DNA of 64,000 bases from Eutreptiella sp. 'Long Island Sound 2002' (taxonomy: Eukaryota; Protista; Euglenida). The notes under the pieces are model-generated. The model saw only the letters and a program-made list of their open reading frames with translations, did no database searches and was not told the DNA's origin. This document shows, one piece after another, positions 1-12,937 of this stretch (its first letter is position 1; each line of letters opens with the position of its first letter). The stretch lies in the NCBI GenBank assembly GCA_964036045.1, contig OZ038379.1, positions 25,234,001 through 25,298,000 on the forward strand, written 5' to 3'. The translations under genes were made by a program, and so were the position numbers.

Positions 1-92
1 TGGTGTCCTCGGCTGCAGTCTCCTCCAGCCCCTGTGGGACAGGCACTGGGGGGACCCGGGCGGTGGTGTTTTTGGCCTCCTGCGTTTGGGGG

Positions 93-93
<1 letters not shown>

Positions 94-145
<52 letters not shown>
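94..145. repeat. (GT)n microsatellite
   Basis: Pure GT dinucleotide run of about 26 units. Confidence 0.95.
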
Positions 146-146
<1 letters not shown>

Positions 147-2604
147 ACCAGGTCAGGATTAGTGGCGGAGACTCCTCGCCGTTGTGGGGGGTTGAGATTC
201 GGTTGAGGCGGGGTATCAGTCAGTGCAACACATTGCAGGCCTTGAGGGAAAACGGGCCGCATTCGAAAAGCACGGTGTTACCGATCACGGCAGCGACCAC
301 CAGGCTTGTGCAGTAATCAAACCTCATGCCTTGGGGCTGTGCTGCTCCCATGGAGGGTCTGTTGCACGCACCAATTCCGGCTGCTGCCCGCGTAGGCGCA
401 GGCAACTGCAGGATAAACGTGAATTCCTGACGTGTCAGCAAACCGGCCGTCACTGTACATCAATAGTGCAACCGCCTGCGTCCCCAAACGGAAATCTTTG
501 GGGCCCAACAGCGCTCTCCCTTTTGACTTTTTCTGTCCATCTTATGTAATTATTCTTGGCCTGATCCTGCATTCCGCGGAGCGTTCCAACACCAACCGGT
601 CTTCTCCCCTTGAGCGAGGTCATGTCCGAACAACGCTGCTCGTGCAATGCCCAACGCCCAACCAAGTGGCCTCCCTCACCGCACCCGAGCCCGATGCAGC
701 ATCTGCACTCCTCCACTGCATGCGAGACGCACCCCCGGCCCGTCCCGCAGATGAAAAGGAATGCAAACAATGCAACTGCAACGCGCACCACTGAGTGCTC
801 AGTCACGGAAGATCGTCGTCATTCCTGGTTCACTGGGGGATCAACTGCTTTCAAAATGCGCTGACTTTGTGCAGTTCATTGAGCCATTTATCGACCCCCT
901 CCTGACCCCGCACTCCCGCAAACAACGGCAAAGAGCAGGCGTTCTTTGGGCAGGACCATCGGTCATGCGCAACCTGATGGCACGCAGTGTGCCGGCAACA
1001 GTACCTTCAAATGGGCCACAGGGGACTGGTGCAGCGCACCATGCACCGCACTCCCAAGGCACCCCTTTCCCCACCAGCAAACCATGCCAAACCACAGCAG
1101 ACACACTCACTTGTATTGTTACCACAAAACGGGACTGCAAAAGCCATGGTCCCTAAGTTGCGGCAACAACCCCCGTTGATGTGTTGCCATGAGGCAGCGA
1201 CGGTTGGTACCCTCGGTTTCTCTCTGTTTAACATCTCAGTGCAATCAGTAGACAAACGGGGAAGCCGCTCCACGACTGCCTCACGAATTGCCGTTGCTTT
1301 GTCACGACAGGCGCCCAAGGGCCCCTCACAAACTCTGCAGGCGGCGCTTTTGGTGTTTTATGTCACAGTGTTATGTCAGGTCAAGAATCACCAGAAAACA
1401 TCGTCCGCTAACCCGCCACAACGGCGTCCAGTGGCAGAACGTCTGATCTGGAGAAAAGGAAAAAAGGGAACAATGAAGTATGTGAACTTGCGTTGTTGCA
1501 GTGCCCTGACTGATACAGTACACCACCTTCTTCAAAAAGCAGACTTCTCGTCCAGAGAGAGTTAATGCAACCCGTGTACTACTACCACTACTACAGTCAC
1601 GCAGGACGTATGCAGTACAGCAGCTCACCGTTGGACCACATGGAAAAGCCGAGAGAGGCCCCACGGTCCAGCAAAACCGAACATCCGCAGACTCAGAATG
1701 TGTTCTCCTAAATTCAGGGAAAGGCGATGCTCTTAAAATGCCCGGTGTTGTCACCTGCGGCAGCAATCACTGTGACGAGGCCAGCCTGTACAGCAAATCA
1801 CACTCCCGTTGCGCACATGCACCCAAATGAGATTGGGCCATCCCGACGGAGGGGGACGGGTCACGCTGAAGTACCCCCAAGAACCCCCCGGTCAAGCACG
1901 ACCCCTGAAAGGGGGTGGGGCAGACCGCCTGCATCCGGTGTGCATCCGGTGTGCATAGGGGTACATCCATCCACAACATCAGGAAAGGCTGCAGGAGATG
2001 GCGAGTCGCGCAATAACGCGCAGAACGTGTACGCCCAATCCGACTGCGACGGTACCACTACCACAACAATCGGAAAACGGCTTCACAAGAAACAGAAATG
2101 CACCGGACGATCAGCAATGGCCCAGTGGGTGGAGGGCTTGCAGAACCAATGCAAGGGTGTACATGTGGACTCCAGGACGTGGGCCTCCAGGAATGGCAAC
2201 ACAGAGGCAGTGCTCGGGGCATCGGCGGCGTTTCATTGTGCACCAAAGTTGATTCCGTTTGCCCCGGATCTCAAGAAACTGCCGGGCCACCAGCGACGGT
2301 TGTCGGCGCGCCAATCGGCCAACGTCGATGAACCATCAATCGGTGTGAAATATCCGCGATTCTGTGGCACGAATGGCCCTGGCTAAAAAGGCCGCCGGTG
2401 GCCGTCCAGGTTTCACAAGGCATGCGACTGGGGCCTTTGGCGCAGGGGGGGAGGGCCAGGAGACTGGGGTGCGGCAAGTCATCCCACAGGGCACGGAGGC
2501 AGGGTCTGCGCAGGGAAATCCGTCGCAAAGGCGGGGCTTGAAACATGACTGTTGGCGAGGCCCCGTCCCGCGGTGAACAAAAGACCGCCGAGTCGCGCGC
2601 GCTC

Positions 2605-4521
2605 TCAGGTCCGCTTGCGGTCATTGAGGGGGCACGGCATGATCCCGGTGCGCAGCGCCTGGCCGGACGCCTCCGCGTGTGACGGAGACATGGGGTGCGG
2701 CAGGGCCTGGCGGGAGGGGGTGGTGCAGGGGCTCAGCGGCGATAGGCTCTTGAGAGGTTTGCCGGGGCTGTCCCTCCCGTGCCTCGGGATGTGCGCGGGC
2801 GCCCCCGGGGAATGCGGGCCCACAAGCGTCGGCCGGGCACAGGGGTGGCCTCCGGCGCTGGGCAGGGGCGCCAGCAGCTGCTCCAGCCGCGTGCCGAGCT
2901 GTGCCGGGCCCGGCGCCAGGGGACCCGCCAGGATCTCACTCACCAACGACGCGCTGGAGGTGGAGCGGTGGGGCGGGCGGACGGAGCCCACGGGGGCGCC
3001 GAGAACGCTGAAGATCGCGCCGTCCCTGGCCGTGCTCAGCTCCAGGTCGTCGCCTGCGCCCTCCTGCCCCCCGCGCTTGCACCGCGAGAGGAAATCCAGC
3101 GTGTTACTGCGCGGCAATGAACTGTGCAGGTCCAGGCCGTCGGTGCTGCTATTCGACAGGTTGACGACGGTGCGGCTCCGGTGCGGGACCGCCGGCCCCG
3201 GGAGCGGCCGGGCGCGCCTCACGTCGTCCCCGGGGGCCGCGCTGTCCCCGGGTCTCGTGGTGTCGCCGGGCGTCACGGCGGTGTCCGTCCTCTTGCGGTC
3301 CAGTCGGGGCAGGTCCCGCACACCGGCCGTTGCCGGGCCCCCGTCTGCGTGGCTGACTTGCGGCTCCTGGCGGACCCCCGGGGGCAGGTCCGTGTGTGTG
3401 GGGCTGAGCGGCCCCTCACCGCCTCCTTCGGGGAAGGGGGGCGTGGGGGCGGGACGGGGGCGGGGGCTCGGGGAGCGCTGGGCAGAGAAGGCCCGGGGCT
3501 CCCGGTGGCCGCGCGGGGAGCGCGACGCGGCCGCGCGGTGATGGCCGGGGTCGTGGAGGGGGCCGTGGGACTCAGGGCGGGCGTGCCCCCGGGGGGAGGC
3601 GGGGGGGCGGGAGCGCGTGCACGGGCTGCCCTGGGCCGGGGCAGAGGGGGCGGGGTCACAGAGGGGGTGGGCCCGGGGGCTGGTGGGCTCAGAGGGGGCG
3701 CGGAGGGAGTGCGAGGGGGAGGCTGGCGGTTTGGAGCGGCCGCGGGGGGACCGGCAAGACACGGTCTGGCGCTTGGGCTGCCTGTGGGACGGGGAGGAGA
3801 TGTAGGAAGGGGGGGGCTCCGGCGTACCGCTGGGGGACGCGGGGGCGTAGGGGTGGCTGCCGGGGGTCGCAACGGACAGCGACTGCAGAAGCCGTTTGGA
3901 GCAGCGGCGCTGCACCGCCTCGAGGGCGGGGCTGGGGCCGTGCGTGGGCGGTGGGGGATCGGCGGGGGCCGGGGTCGTGGGGTCCGGGGGGCGCCAGGAC
4001 ATCCCGGGGGCCAGGGGAGGGGGCAGAGCATAGGGGCAGTCGGGCGGGGCGGCGCCGTCCCGGGGCGACTCGAGGTCGGGTTTCGAGTTCGAGGCGTGGC
4101 AGTCGTGGCGCATGGCGGCCTCGGCGCGCTGGGCCAGCTCCTTGTAGTGGACGCTGCCGCCGAACGTGAACTCGAACTTGGGCTCCTGCACGGCCAACAG
4201 GAAGATCTCGCACGTCAACTTGGTCAGGCCGCTGATCTCCCGCGTGCCGACGCGGTGGCGTGTGTAGGCGTCCACCTTCCGGCGGAGGTCCAGCAGCTTG
4301 TCCATTTTGCGGGCGTACCGGCGGACCGCCTGGTTTGCTTGGGACCGCCGGGTCCAGTAGAGCTCCCAAACGACTGTCATCTTGACGTTTTGGGGGACGA
4401 AGGAGGAGGCGTACATCACCGCCATTGTGTGGGCCTTGTCGGGCTTTTGGGTGAACAGGCCCTGCTCGGCCATGGCCTTGCGCAGCTTGTCGTGCCGCTT
4501 GGTCTCGTAGGCCGTCCAGGC
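2605..4521 (-). CDS. Terminal exon of a host gene of unknown function (globular N-part, then a long Pro/Ser/Arg-rich tail)
   Basis: Part of the 695-aa ORF. A C-rich tract and CAG acceptor (4524-4522) precede AWTAYETKRHDKLRK...; GC3-rich codon usage in the first ~140 codons; 639 codons to the stop. Upstream exons not found. Confidence 0.7.
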   Translation of the reverse strand, partial: AWTAYETKRHDKLRKAMAEQGLFTQKPDKAHTMAVMYASSFVPQNVKMTVVWELYWTRRSQANQAVRRYARKMDKLLDLRRKVDAYTRHRVGTREISGLTKLTCEIFLLAVQEPKFEFTFGGSVHYKELAQRAEAAMRHDCHASNSKPDLESPRDGAAPPDCPYALPPPLAPGMSWRPPDPTTPAPADPPPPTHGPSPALEAVQRRCSKRLLQSLSVATPGSHPYAPASPSGTPEPPPSYISSPSHRQPKRQTVSCRSPRGRSKPPASPSHSLRAPSEPTSPRAHPLCDPAPSAPAQGSPCTRSRPPASPRGHARPESHGPLHDPGHHRAAASRSPRGHREPRAFSAQRSPSPRPRPAPTPPFPEGGGEGPLSPTHTDLPPGVRQEPQVSHADGGPATAGVRDLPRLDRKRTDTAVTPGDTTRPGDSAAPGDDVRRARPLPGPAVPHRSRTVVNLSNSSTDGLDLHSSLPRSNTLDFLSRCKRGGQEGAGDDLELSTARDGAIFSVLGAPVGSVRPPHRSTSSASLVSEILAGPLAPGPAQLGTRLEQLLAPLPSAGGHPCARPTLVGPHSPGAPAHIPRHGRDSPGKPLKSLSPLSPCTTPSRQALPHPMSPSHAEASGQALRTGIMPCPLNDRKRT

Positions 4522-5481
4522 CTGTGGCAGCGGAGGCGTCAGCGGGGCACACACATGGGACGCTGCGGTGATGCCCAAAGGGGGGGGGGGGCTGGTGAAC
4601 AGTCCACATCCCAAGCCCAAGAAGGAGCGGGGGGGGGGGGGGGCATCAAAGCCGGTGGGGGACCATGTCATACCGCCGGTGTTCAGGGCCATGTTTTGAG
4701 TGTGACTTGCTTCTGTTCAGCGAGATCAACGGAGGGGTGGGGGTGACAGTTGTGTGGGTGAGCGTGGGATGTCTGCCCCACGGCGCGCGTACTGCAGCCC
4801 TGGCACGCGACGACCCCCCCCCCCGGGGGGGGGGGGGGTACCGCCCCCGTACAGACACGAGCGTCGGGCACGCACACCAGCGATGCATGGCCAAGACAGC
4901 ATTGCAGCAATGCCCTGGATCCCATGGCCAGTGACAGCCAAATGGGTCAGCGGTTCAAGGGCTCGGTGCGGAACTGGACCACGTGCCCTTGCACTGAGCT
5001 TGGGGTCCCTGACACGGTCCCCTTTGAGGGCTGTGGGGCCACGCCCTTGCCGACTGTTGGTGGGCACAAAGGTGACGGCGCGCAGGGAGGCCCCTGCCAC
5101 CACGGCCACCAGCACCCCCCCCCTCCCCCCCGGCAAGGGCGTCCACCCACCGGGCCCCCAGCAGCCCCCCACAAGACCGTCGTCACCACGGCGGGAGTCC
5201 CCCTGGTGGTCGTGCGACCGGGGCGCCAGGGCGAAAAACAAGTCGCAAGGCTCAGCGACACCGCGGTGCCCCGTGCGGGGCAGGCCGCACTGGGGGAGCA
5301 CCGTGCGGTGACATCCAGTTGGGGGGGGAGGGAAAACAGTGCGCGACACAAGGACTTCCGGGGAGGATCAGGGCCCACCTCCTGCCTCCTGGCCATGAAG
5401 CGACATGGCCCCTTTTCGTCCCCAGGTCACGTGCGTGACCATGAGCCATTTTTTATTCACTGGGATCGTGCGATCCCCCAG

Positions 5482-5877
5482 CCTGGATACCCCCAACCGT
5501 GACGCCGTGCGGCTATGGACGGCTCTGGGCCCATGCTCTGCGGTGTGGCAGCAACCAGACACCAGGTGTGCGCCTACCCCTGCCTGGATACCCCCAACCG
5601 TGACGCCGTGCGGCTATGGACGGCTCTGGGGCCCAGGCTCTGCCGTGTGGCAGCAACCAGACACCAGGTGTGCGCCTACCCCTGCCTGGATACCCCCAAC
5701 CGTGACGCCGTGCGGCTATGGACGGCTCTGGGGCCCAGGCTCTGCCGTGTGGCAGCAACCAGACACCAGGTGTGCGCCTACCCCTGCCTGGATACCCCCA
5801 ACCATGCGCCGTGCGGCTGTGGACGGCTCTGGGGCCCAGGCACTGCCGTGTGGCAGCGGCCAGACACCAGGTGTGCG
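5482..5877. repeat. Tandem array of ~102-bp units, about 4 copies
   Basis: CCTGGATACCCCCAACC recurs at 5482, 5583, 5685 and 5787. Confidence 0.95.
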
Positions 5878-5879
5878 CC

Positions 5880-8800
5880 GTGGGCATTGGGCGTGTGCCC
5901 ATGCAGAAGTTATTGCTTTTGGCAGAAGGCGTTGGCCGTGTGCCCATGCAGAATTTATTACTTTCGACGGAACTGGGGGCATTGGGCGTGTGTCCATGCA
6001 CAATTTATTACTATTGGCAGAACTGAAGGTATTGGGCATGTACCCATGCAGAATTTATTACTTTTGGCGGAACTGAAGGTATTGGGTGTGTGCCTATGCA
6101 GAATTTTTTTATTTTTGGCAGAACTGGGAGCAATGGGTGTGTGCCCATGCAGAATTTCTTACTTTTGGCAGAACTGAAGGCATTGGGCGTGTGTCCATGC
6201 AAACTTTATTACTTTTGGCAGAACAGAAGGCATAGGGCGTGTGCCCATGCAGAATTTATTACTATTGGCAGAACTGAAGGTATTGGGCATGTGTCCATGC
6301 AGAATTTAGTACTATTGGCAAAACTGAAGGTATTGGGCATGTGTCCATGCAGAAGAGATTACTTGTGGCAGAACTGGGGGCATTGGGCGTGTGCCCATGC
6401 AGAAGTTATTACTTTTGGCTGAACTGAAGGCATAGGGCGTGTGCCCGTAGAGAATTTATTACTTTTGGCAGAGCTGAAGGTATTGGGCATTTACCCATGC
6501 AGAATTTATTACTATTGGCAGAACTGAGGGTATTGGGTGTGTGCCCATGGAGAAAAAATTACTTTTGGCAGAAGTCAAGGTGTTGGGCGTGTGCCCATGC
6601 AGAATATATTACCTTTGGCAGAACTGAAGGTATTGGGCATGTGCCCATGCAGAATTTATTACTTTTGGCGGAACTGAAGGTATTGGGTGTGTGCCCATGC
6701 AGAATTTTTTATTTTTGGCAGAACTGGGAGCATTGGGTGTGTGCCCATGCAGAGGATATTACTTTTGGCAGAACTGGGGGCATTGGGCGTGTGTCCATGC
6801 AGAATATATTACTATTGGCAGAACTGACGGCATAGGGCGTGTGCCCATGCGGAATATATTACTTTTGGCAGAACTGAAGGCATAGGGCGTGTGCCCATGC
6901 AGAATTTATTGCTATTGGCAGAACTGAAGGTATTGGGCATGTGTCCATGCAGAATATATTACATTTGGCAGAAATGGGGGCATTGGGCATGTGCCCATGC
7001 AGCATTTATTACTATTGGCAGAACTGAAGGCATAGGGCGTGTGCCCATGCAGAATTTATTACTTGTGGCAGAGCTGAAGGTATTGGGCATGTGTCCATGC
7101 AGAATTTATTACCATTGGCGGAACTGAAGGTATTGGGCATGTGTCCATGCAGAATTTATTACTATTGGCAGAACTGACGGCATAGGGCGTGTGCCCATGC
7201 GGAATATATTACTTTTGGCAAAACTGAAGGTATTGGGCATGTACCCATGCAGAATTTATTACTTTTGGCGGAACTGAAGGTATTGGGTGTGTGCCTATGC
7301 AGAATTTTTTTATTTTTGGCAGAAATGGGAGCAATGGGTGTGTGCCCATGCAGAATTTCTTACTTTTGGCAGAACTGAAGGCATTGGGCGTGTGTCCATG
7401 CAAACTTTATTACTTTTGGCAGAACAGAAGGCATAGGGCGTGTGCCCATGCAGAATTTATTACTATTGGCAGAACTGAAGGTATTGGGCATGTGTCCATG
7501 CAGAATTTAGTACTATTGGCAGAAATGAAGGTATTGGGCATGTGTCCATGCAGAAGAGATTACTTGTGGCAGAACTGGGAGCATTGGGCGTGTGCCCATG
7601 CAGAAGTTATTACTTTTGGCTGAACTGAAGGCATAGGGCGTGTGCCCGTAGAGAATTTATTACTTTTGGCAGAGCTGAAGGTATTGGGCATTTACCCATG
7701 CAGAATTTATTACTATTGGCAGAACTGAGGGTATTGGGTGTGTGCCCGTGGAGAAAAAATTACTTTTGGCAGAAGTCAAGGTGTTGGGCGTGTGCCCATG
7801 CAGCATTTATTACCTTTGGCAGAACTGAAGGTATTGGGCATGTACCCATGCAGAATTTATTACTTTTGGCGGAACTGAAGGTATTGGGTGTGTGCCCATG
7901 CAGAATTTTTTATTTTTGGCAGAACTGGGAGCATTGGGTGTGTGCCCATGCAGAGGATATTACTTTTGGCAGAACTGGGGGCATTGGGCGTGTGTCCATG
8001 CAGAATATATTACTATTGGCAGAACTGACGGCATAGGGCGTGTGCCCATGCAGAATTTATCACTATTGGCAGAACTGAAGGCATAGGGCGTGTGCCCATG
8101 CAGAATTTATTGCTATTGGCAGAACCGAAGGTATTGGGCATGTGTCCATGCAGAATTTATTACTATTGGCGGAACTGAAGGTATTGGGCATGTGTCCATG
8201 CAGAATTTATTACTATTGGCAGAGCTGAAGGTATTGGGTGTGTGCCCATGCAGAATTTATTACTATTGGCAAAACTGAAGGTATTGGGCATGTACCCATG
8301 CAGAATTTATTACTTTTGGCGGAACTGAAGGTATTGGGTGTGTGCCTATGCAGAATTTTTTTATTTTTGGCAGAACTGCGAGCATTGGGTGTGTGCCCAT
8401 GCAGAATATATTACTTTTGGCAGAACTGGGGCCATTGGGCGTGTGTCCATGCAGAATATATTACTATTGGCAGAACAGAAGGCATAGGGCGTGTGCCCAT
8501 ACAGAATTTATTACTTTTGGCAGAACTGAAGGTATTGGGCATGTGTCCATGCAGAATTTTTTATTTTTGGCAGAACTGGGGGCATTGGGTGTGTGCCCAT
8601 GCAGAATTTATTACTTTTGGCAGAACTGGGAGCATTGGTAGTGCCCATGCAGAATCTATTACTTTTGGCAAAACTGAAGGCATTGGTCGTGGGTCCATGC
8701 AGAATTTATTGCTTTTGGCAGAACTGAAGGTATTGGGCATGTGTCCATGCAGAATATATTACTATTGGCAGAACTGGGGACATTGGTAGTGTGTCCATGC

Positions 8801-9050
8801 AGACGTTATTACTATTGGCAGAACTGACGGCATAGGGCGTGTGCCCATGCAGAATATATTACTTTTGGCAGAACTGGGAGCATTGGGTGTGTGCCCACGG
8901 AGAATATATTACTTTTGGCAAAACTGAAGGCATTGGGCGTGTGTCCATGCAGAATTTATTACTTTTGGCAGAACTGGGGGCATTGGGCGTGTGTCCGTGC
9001 GGAATTTATTACTATTGGCAGAACTGAAGGCATAGGGCGTGTGCCCATGC
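5880..9050. repeat. 50-bp satellite, about 63 monomers, with higher-order repeat
   Basis: Consensus GGCAGAACTGAAGGTATTGGGCATGTGCCCATGCAGAATTTATTACTTTT; variant blocks repeat at a 1201-bp offset. Confidence 0.97.
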
Positions 9051-9560
9051 GGATTGTATCAGCGGGGACCCAGGGCAAAGGGGGGGGGGGAGCGTGGGGG
9101 AGACGAGAGCGACGCGATGGACGCTGCGCCCACCGCGGTGTGGCGACGTCCAGCCCAGCCTGGCCGGGGCGGCCGTATCCGGTGCGTCCGGTGGAATCGG
9201 CTTCAGGCACTCAGACACCAGACACCCGACACCCGACACCCGTCGTCACCACCGCCTGCTCCAACCCCAATGTCAACGTCTACACGGCCACTGGGCCAGC
9301 CAAGGGCCGTTTTTTCACCGCATGGGTCTTCTGCGGGGGGGGGGGGGGGGCAATTTGACCCATTGTTGCACACCCGCTTGTTCTCGCGTTATCCAAAGCC
9401 GATTCCGCCCAAATTTGTTCCAGATGAAAAAGGAACCATTTGTGCGCTACGCCCCGCGACGCGACGCGCATGTTACTGAAATCAGCTCTGGCCCTCACCA
9501 GGGACGAAGGCGAAGGCCCAGGATGTGCAGGGGGGGGGGATTGCACCTGGAAAACCCGTA

Positions 9561-9950
9561 CCCCCCCCCCTTGGGTAAGCTACGCCAAAGTCCCAAATTA
9601 ATACGGTCCCTACGCCTACTGTAGCTTGGACACGGGTGTAGCTTGCGCGCAACAACTACCGACACCGGGTGCCCAGGTTCAAAAAGAGAGGATTGCATGG
9701 TGAGCTGGCGCAAGCAAGGGGAGTATAATGCACAAGGATACCAAAAATCAGAGCTATGTGGGTTCAAGTGGGCAAACACTCACAACAAATGTGTCCATGA
9801 CTCTATGTGACTCGCAAATTCGTCACCAAACCCATGTGTTATGTGGCTGCACTACGTTTGGTACCGAAGTAAAATTAGGTCCCAAATTAATACGGTCCCT
9901 ACGCCTACTGTAGCTTGGACAAGGGCGTAACTTATACAAGGGGGGGGGGG
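9561..9950. mobile_element. MITE-like element with imperfect poly-C/poly-G TIRs and TA flanks
   Basis: Left C10-TTGGGTAAGCTACGCC and right GGCGTAACTTATACAA-G11 are inverted with 3 mismatches; TA on both sides; internal ~43-bp direct repeat at 9590 and 9879. Confidence 0.65.
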
Positions 9951-10579
9951 TACCTCCTTGCCCCAAGGGCCGCAAATCACAGTGGAGCTGCACCGATGTT
10001 CTTGTGTGCCTACCCCGACCATCGCAAGGGCATTATCGCCATCAGGACAGCGGCAATGTTTACAGCCTTTCAGCGGCCCGACCACCATCCCAAATGGCGG
10101 GTGCTCGAAGGGGGTGTCCCGGGGGAATGAAGCACCGGATACTCAGCTAATGTATACCCCGGGGTCACAGGGGGGGGGGGGGAGGCTATTGCTTAAGGGC
10201 CCCAGAGGGTTGTTTGGGGCCCTGGCCAGCCGGCCGAACGACCCACCCGGCCACATCAGAAAAAATTTCCCCAGGTCTAAAATGACATTTATCAAAGGGG
10301 CCGGAATTTTGAGGCCGATTTTAGGGACACACACTTTTTTTTGGCCTCTGACCCACCCACCCACCCACCTACCCCACCCCACCCCCCAGGGGAGCTTTTT
10401 CTCCCTAGCAATGGCCTGGTTCTGGCGGGGGGGGGGGGGGGGGTCTGGGACCCAAAGCTTTGTGCACCACAAGTGGCCCGAAGAAATGTGTCTTTTAGAA
10501 AGTTCCATTTGTCCCATTCCAAGAATTTTGGTGAGGCAGGTGAAGGGGGTCCAGAGGGCAGACCCTAACCCTAACCACG

Positions 10580-12700
10580 TCCGTGCCAAAACGAATATAC
10601 CAGTCCAGGCCTGCCTCCTACGTTTGCCAGATGAGGGGCCGGCAGAGAGCCTTCATCGCGACGGTGCACTACCCTCGCCTACGTACCTGCAGCAGGGCGT
10701 CCAGCAGCCGGTTCCGGAGCGCCTGCCGGGACTTGCAGAGCTCCAACAACCGCCTCTTTGCACTATGTATAGTCTTCACACGTCTGTGCAGCCGCGTCCA
10801 GAGGGACACCAACCACCGCAGGGAGGACAACACGGAGTCGGCAAAGACGACCATGTCACCTTTGACTGGGAAGCGGTGGCGGATCTTGTGCACGTCCACA
10901 AACATGTGATTGAAGTGCTGCCGCTGCAGCTCTGCCGGGGTCAACTCCCGTGGCGTCCAGTCGTCGGCCTCATAAAGCGCCTTCCATTCGTCGATGCTGC
11001 CGAATCGGTCCACGTACGAATCGGAGACGTGCCAATCGCCGGACGGACTGTGGCGTCGCCGGCGGGTGCTCCCCAGGCTGCGGTTGCAACCCTGACCCTC
11101 AGGCAAGCCCGTTTCTGGGATCAGTGACATGCTCATCCTTGGAAACTGCAGAAAGGACGAAATGAAAAGGACAGCAACCCCGAGACAGGACGTGGTGGTG
11201 TGGCGTCAAAGTACCGACCAGCATCAGTGATACCACCTGGAGCTACTCACTGCAGCTGGTTCATGCCCGGTCCAGATATGACAAGGACAGGGCTTGCTAA
11301 GTGGCACATGGTATGGGGCTCAGTCCTGCCTAAATCGTGTTCCCTGCTGGACACTAGTGGATGCCGTCACCGGTGATGCCATGGACGGTCAAGCATTCGC
11401 AATCCATCGCATCTCTTTCGGAGAGGCGATGCGAATCGCAGGAGAGGCATGGATCAAACAGAATTCGCAAGCATCCAAGCACTGAAATGTAGCCGGAGGG
11501 AGTTTCGGACCTTCCTTCACGGACGCCCGGGCGAGCTGCTCTCGTAGTTGCTGAGTTTCTCTGGCTTGCTCCGCGAGTCTCTCCTCGGCGGAAGCGTGAG
11601 ACTAATGTGATTTTGAGACTGGTACCCGTCCATACCCGTCCATGGCACTTGTTATGAAAAGAAGACAGAAAAACTGCCTAAGTATGGAAGTGCAAACAAC
11701 AATTGAGGCGAGGCTCAACTAGTGATTTCTGTGTTGCCGGCTGATGAGTAGGACGAATTAGAACTATCTGCACTTACAGTAGAGCCACTAGATATGTATT
11801 GGGCGAATCTCGAAAAAGATACCACGAACCTATAGAAAAGGATGCACAACAAAACATACCAATGCACTAGAAATGAGGGCAAAGGATGCATGCAACTCAT
11901 ATAAATGCATAGCAAGGCTCATTGTTACGGGTACTAGGCACCATTATGCAGGTTGGGCATGGTCCTGTACAAACTTTGTGCACAGCGCGGGCACAACACG
12001 CAAAACGCCCCCTAAGAGTTCGGCCCCATCCCGATCAAGGATGGGAGAGTTAACATACTTTACCATGGGCACCATAGGTGCTTCATAGCTGTCGTCTCTA
12101 TTGGTAGCAGTATGCTGATTCACACAGCATTCTGTAGGGTTAATTGTAAGGGGGCTTGTGGTAATGGGAACTTCCCAGTTCTCCTCAGGTAAAGAGGGCT
12201 ATCCCGACGGCATGGCAGAGGGGTTCATTGCAGAAGCCAGGTGATCATCCAAACACATGGGCTGCAGATCATCATCTATGGCATTCCCCGAGGTGGCCGC
12301 TAGCGACCACATAGGGTCCGTTGGTGAGGGTGAGAGGGCACTCTTCTAGCTAGAGGTGATTGCGGGCGACCAGTACGACATATCACACACACACACACAC
12401 ACACGGGTGTTGGATGTTGGTTGCGAGCGCGGCAGATTAGGACCGTTGGGCACCACAAGCGGGGCAACAGGCCAGCTCGCGCTGAGCGCTGCCTTCGACA
12501 AGTGGGGGGGCAATGGGGTAATTGGTGGTGATCGCATCCTGGTTGGTGAACCAACACCCATCGTTGTACTGAGCGTAGCTCCATGACCGTGGTTTGTATG
12601 TTGCTGCAAGTATTCTTGGCGTATTTGGAGCGAAATTTGACCCGACAACCTTTGTTGATCCATGCATTGACACATCCCAAGCCACACCAACATATAGCTA
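10580..12700 (-). pseudogene. Decayed coding-like sequence of unknown origin
   Basis: Protein-like frames broken by isolated stops or frameshifts (10669-11136 ORF, a coiled-coil-like EERLAEQARETQQLREQLAR segment, and a frame at ~11945-12345 with one internal stop). No family recognised. Confidence 0.3.
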
Positions 12701-12912
12701 CCATTTCCACTCTATAGTGTGGGGATATAAACATGGGCCCTGGAGTCAGAAGTCAGCAAAATATGAAAAAACTTGCATGCTAAACATTGCACAATATGCT
12801 AGACATGCTCATGCATGTGTCATAGCAGGGTGCACAATGCAAACTGTGCAGTTTGCGATGTGCATGGCTTATAGTGCAAGGTGCAAGGTGCGCAAGGTGC
12901 GCAAGGTGCATT

Positions 12913-12937
12913 GCTTAGTCGAACCAAGTGTCCAACC
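12913..12937 (+). repeat. Left terminal inverted repeat
   Basis: GCTTAGTCGAACCAAGTGTCCAACC, preceded by ATT. Confidence 0.9.

Noticed and set aside
200-2600. Several 100-220 aa ORFs near the window start
   Set aside because: No motifs, no consistent splice signals, and frames overlap at random.
3124-4746. 540-aa plus-strand ORF and other overlapping ORFs
   Set aside because: Antisense or alternate-frame shadows of the GC-rich minus-strand exon.
5405-9030. Many 60-220 aa ORFs in the 102-bp and 50-bp arrays
   Set aside because: They are translations of tandem repeats in shifting frames (50 is not a multiple of 3), with no coding signal.
5880-9050. CRISPR-like appearance of the 50-bp array
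   Set aside because: Units are contiguous with no unique spacers, no cas genes are present, and the context is eukaryotic.
10563-10576. CCCTAACCCTAACC telomere-like motif
   Set aside because: Only about two units, too short to call an interstitial telomere or healing site.
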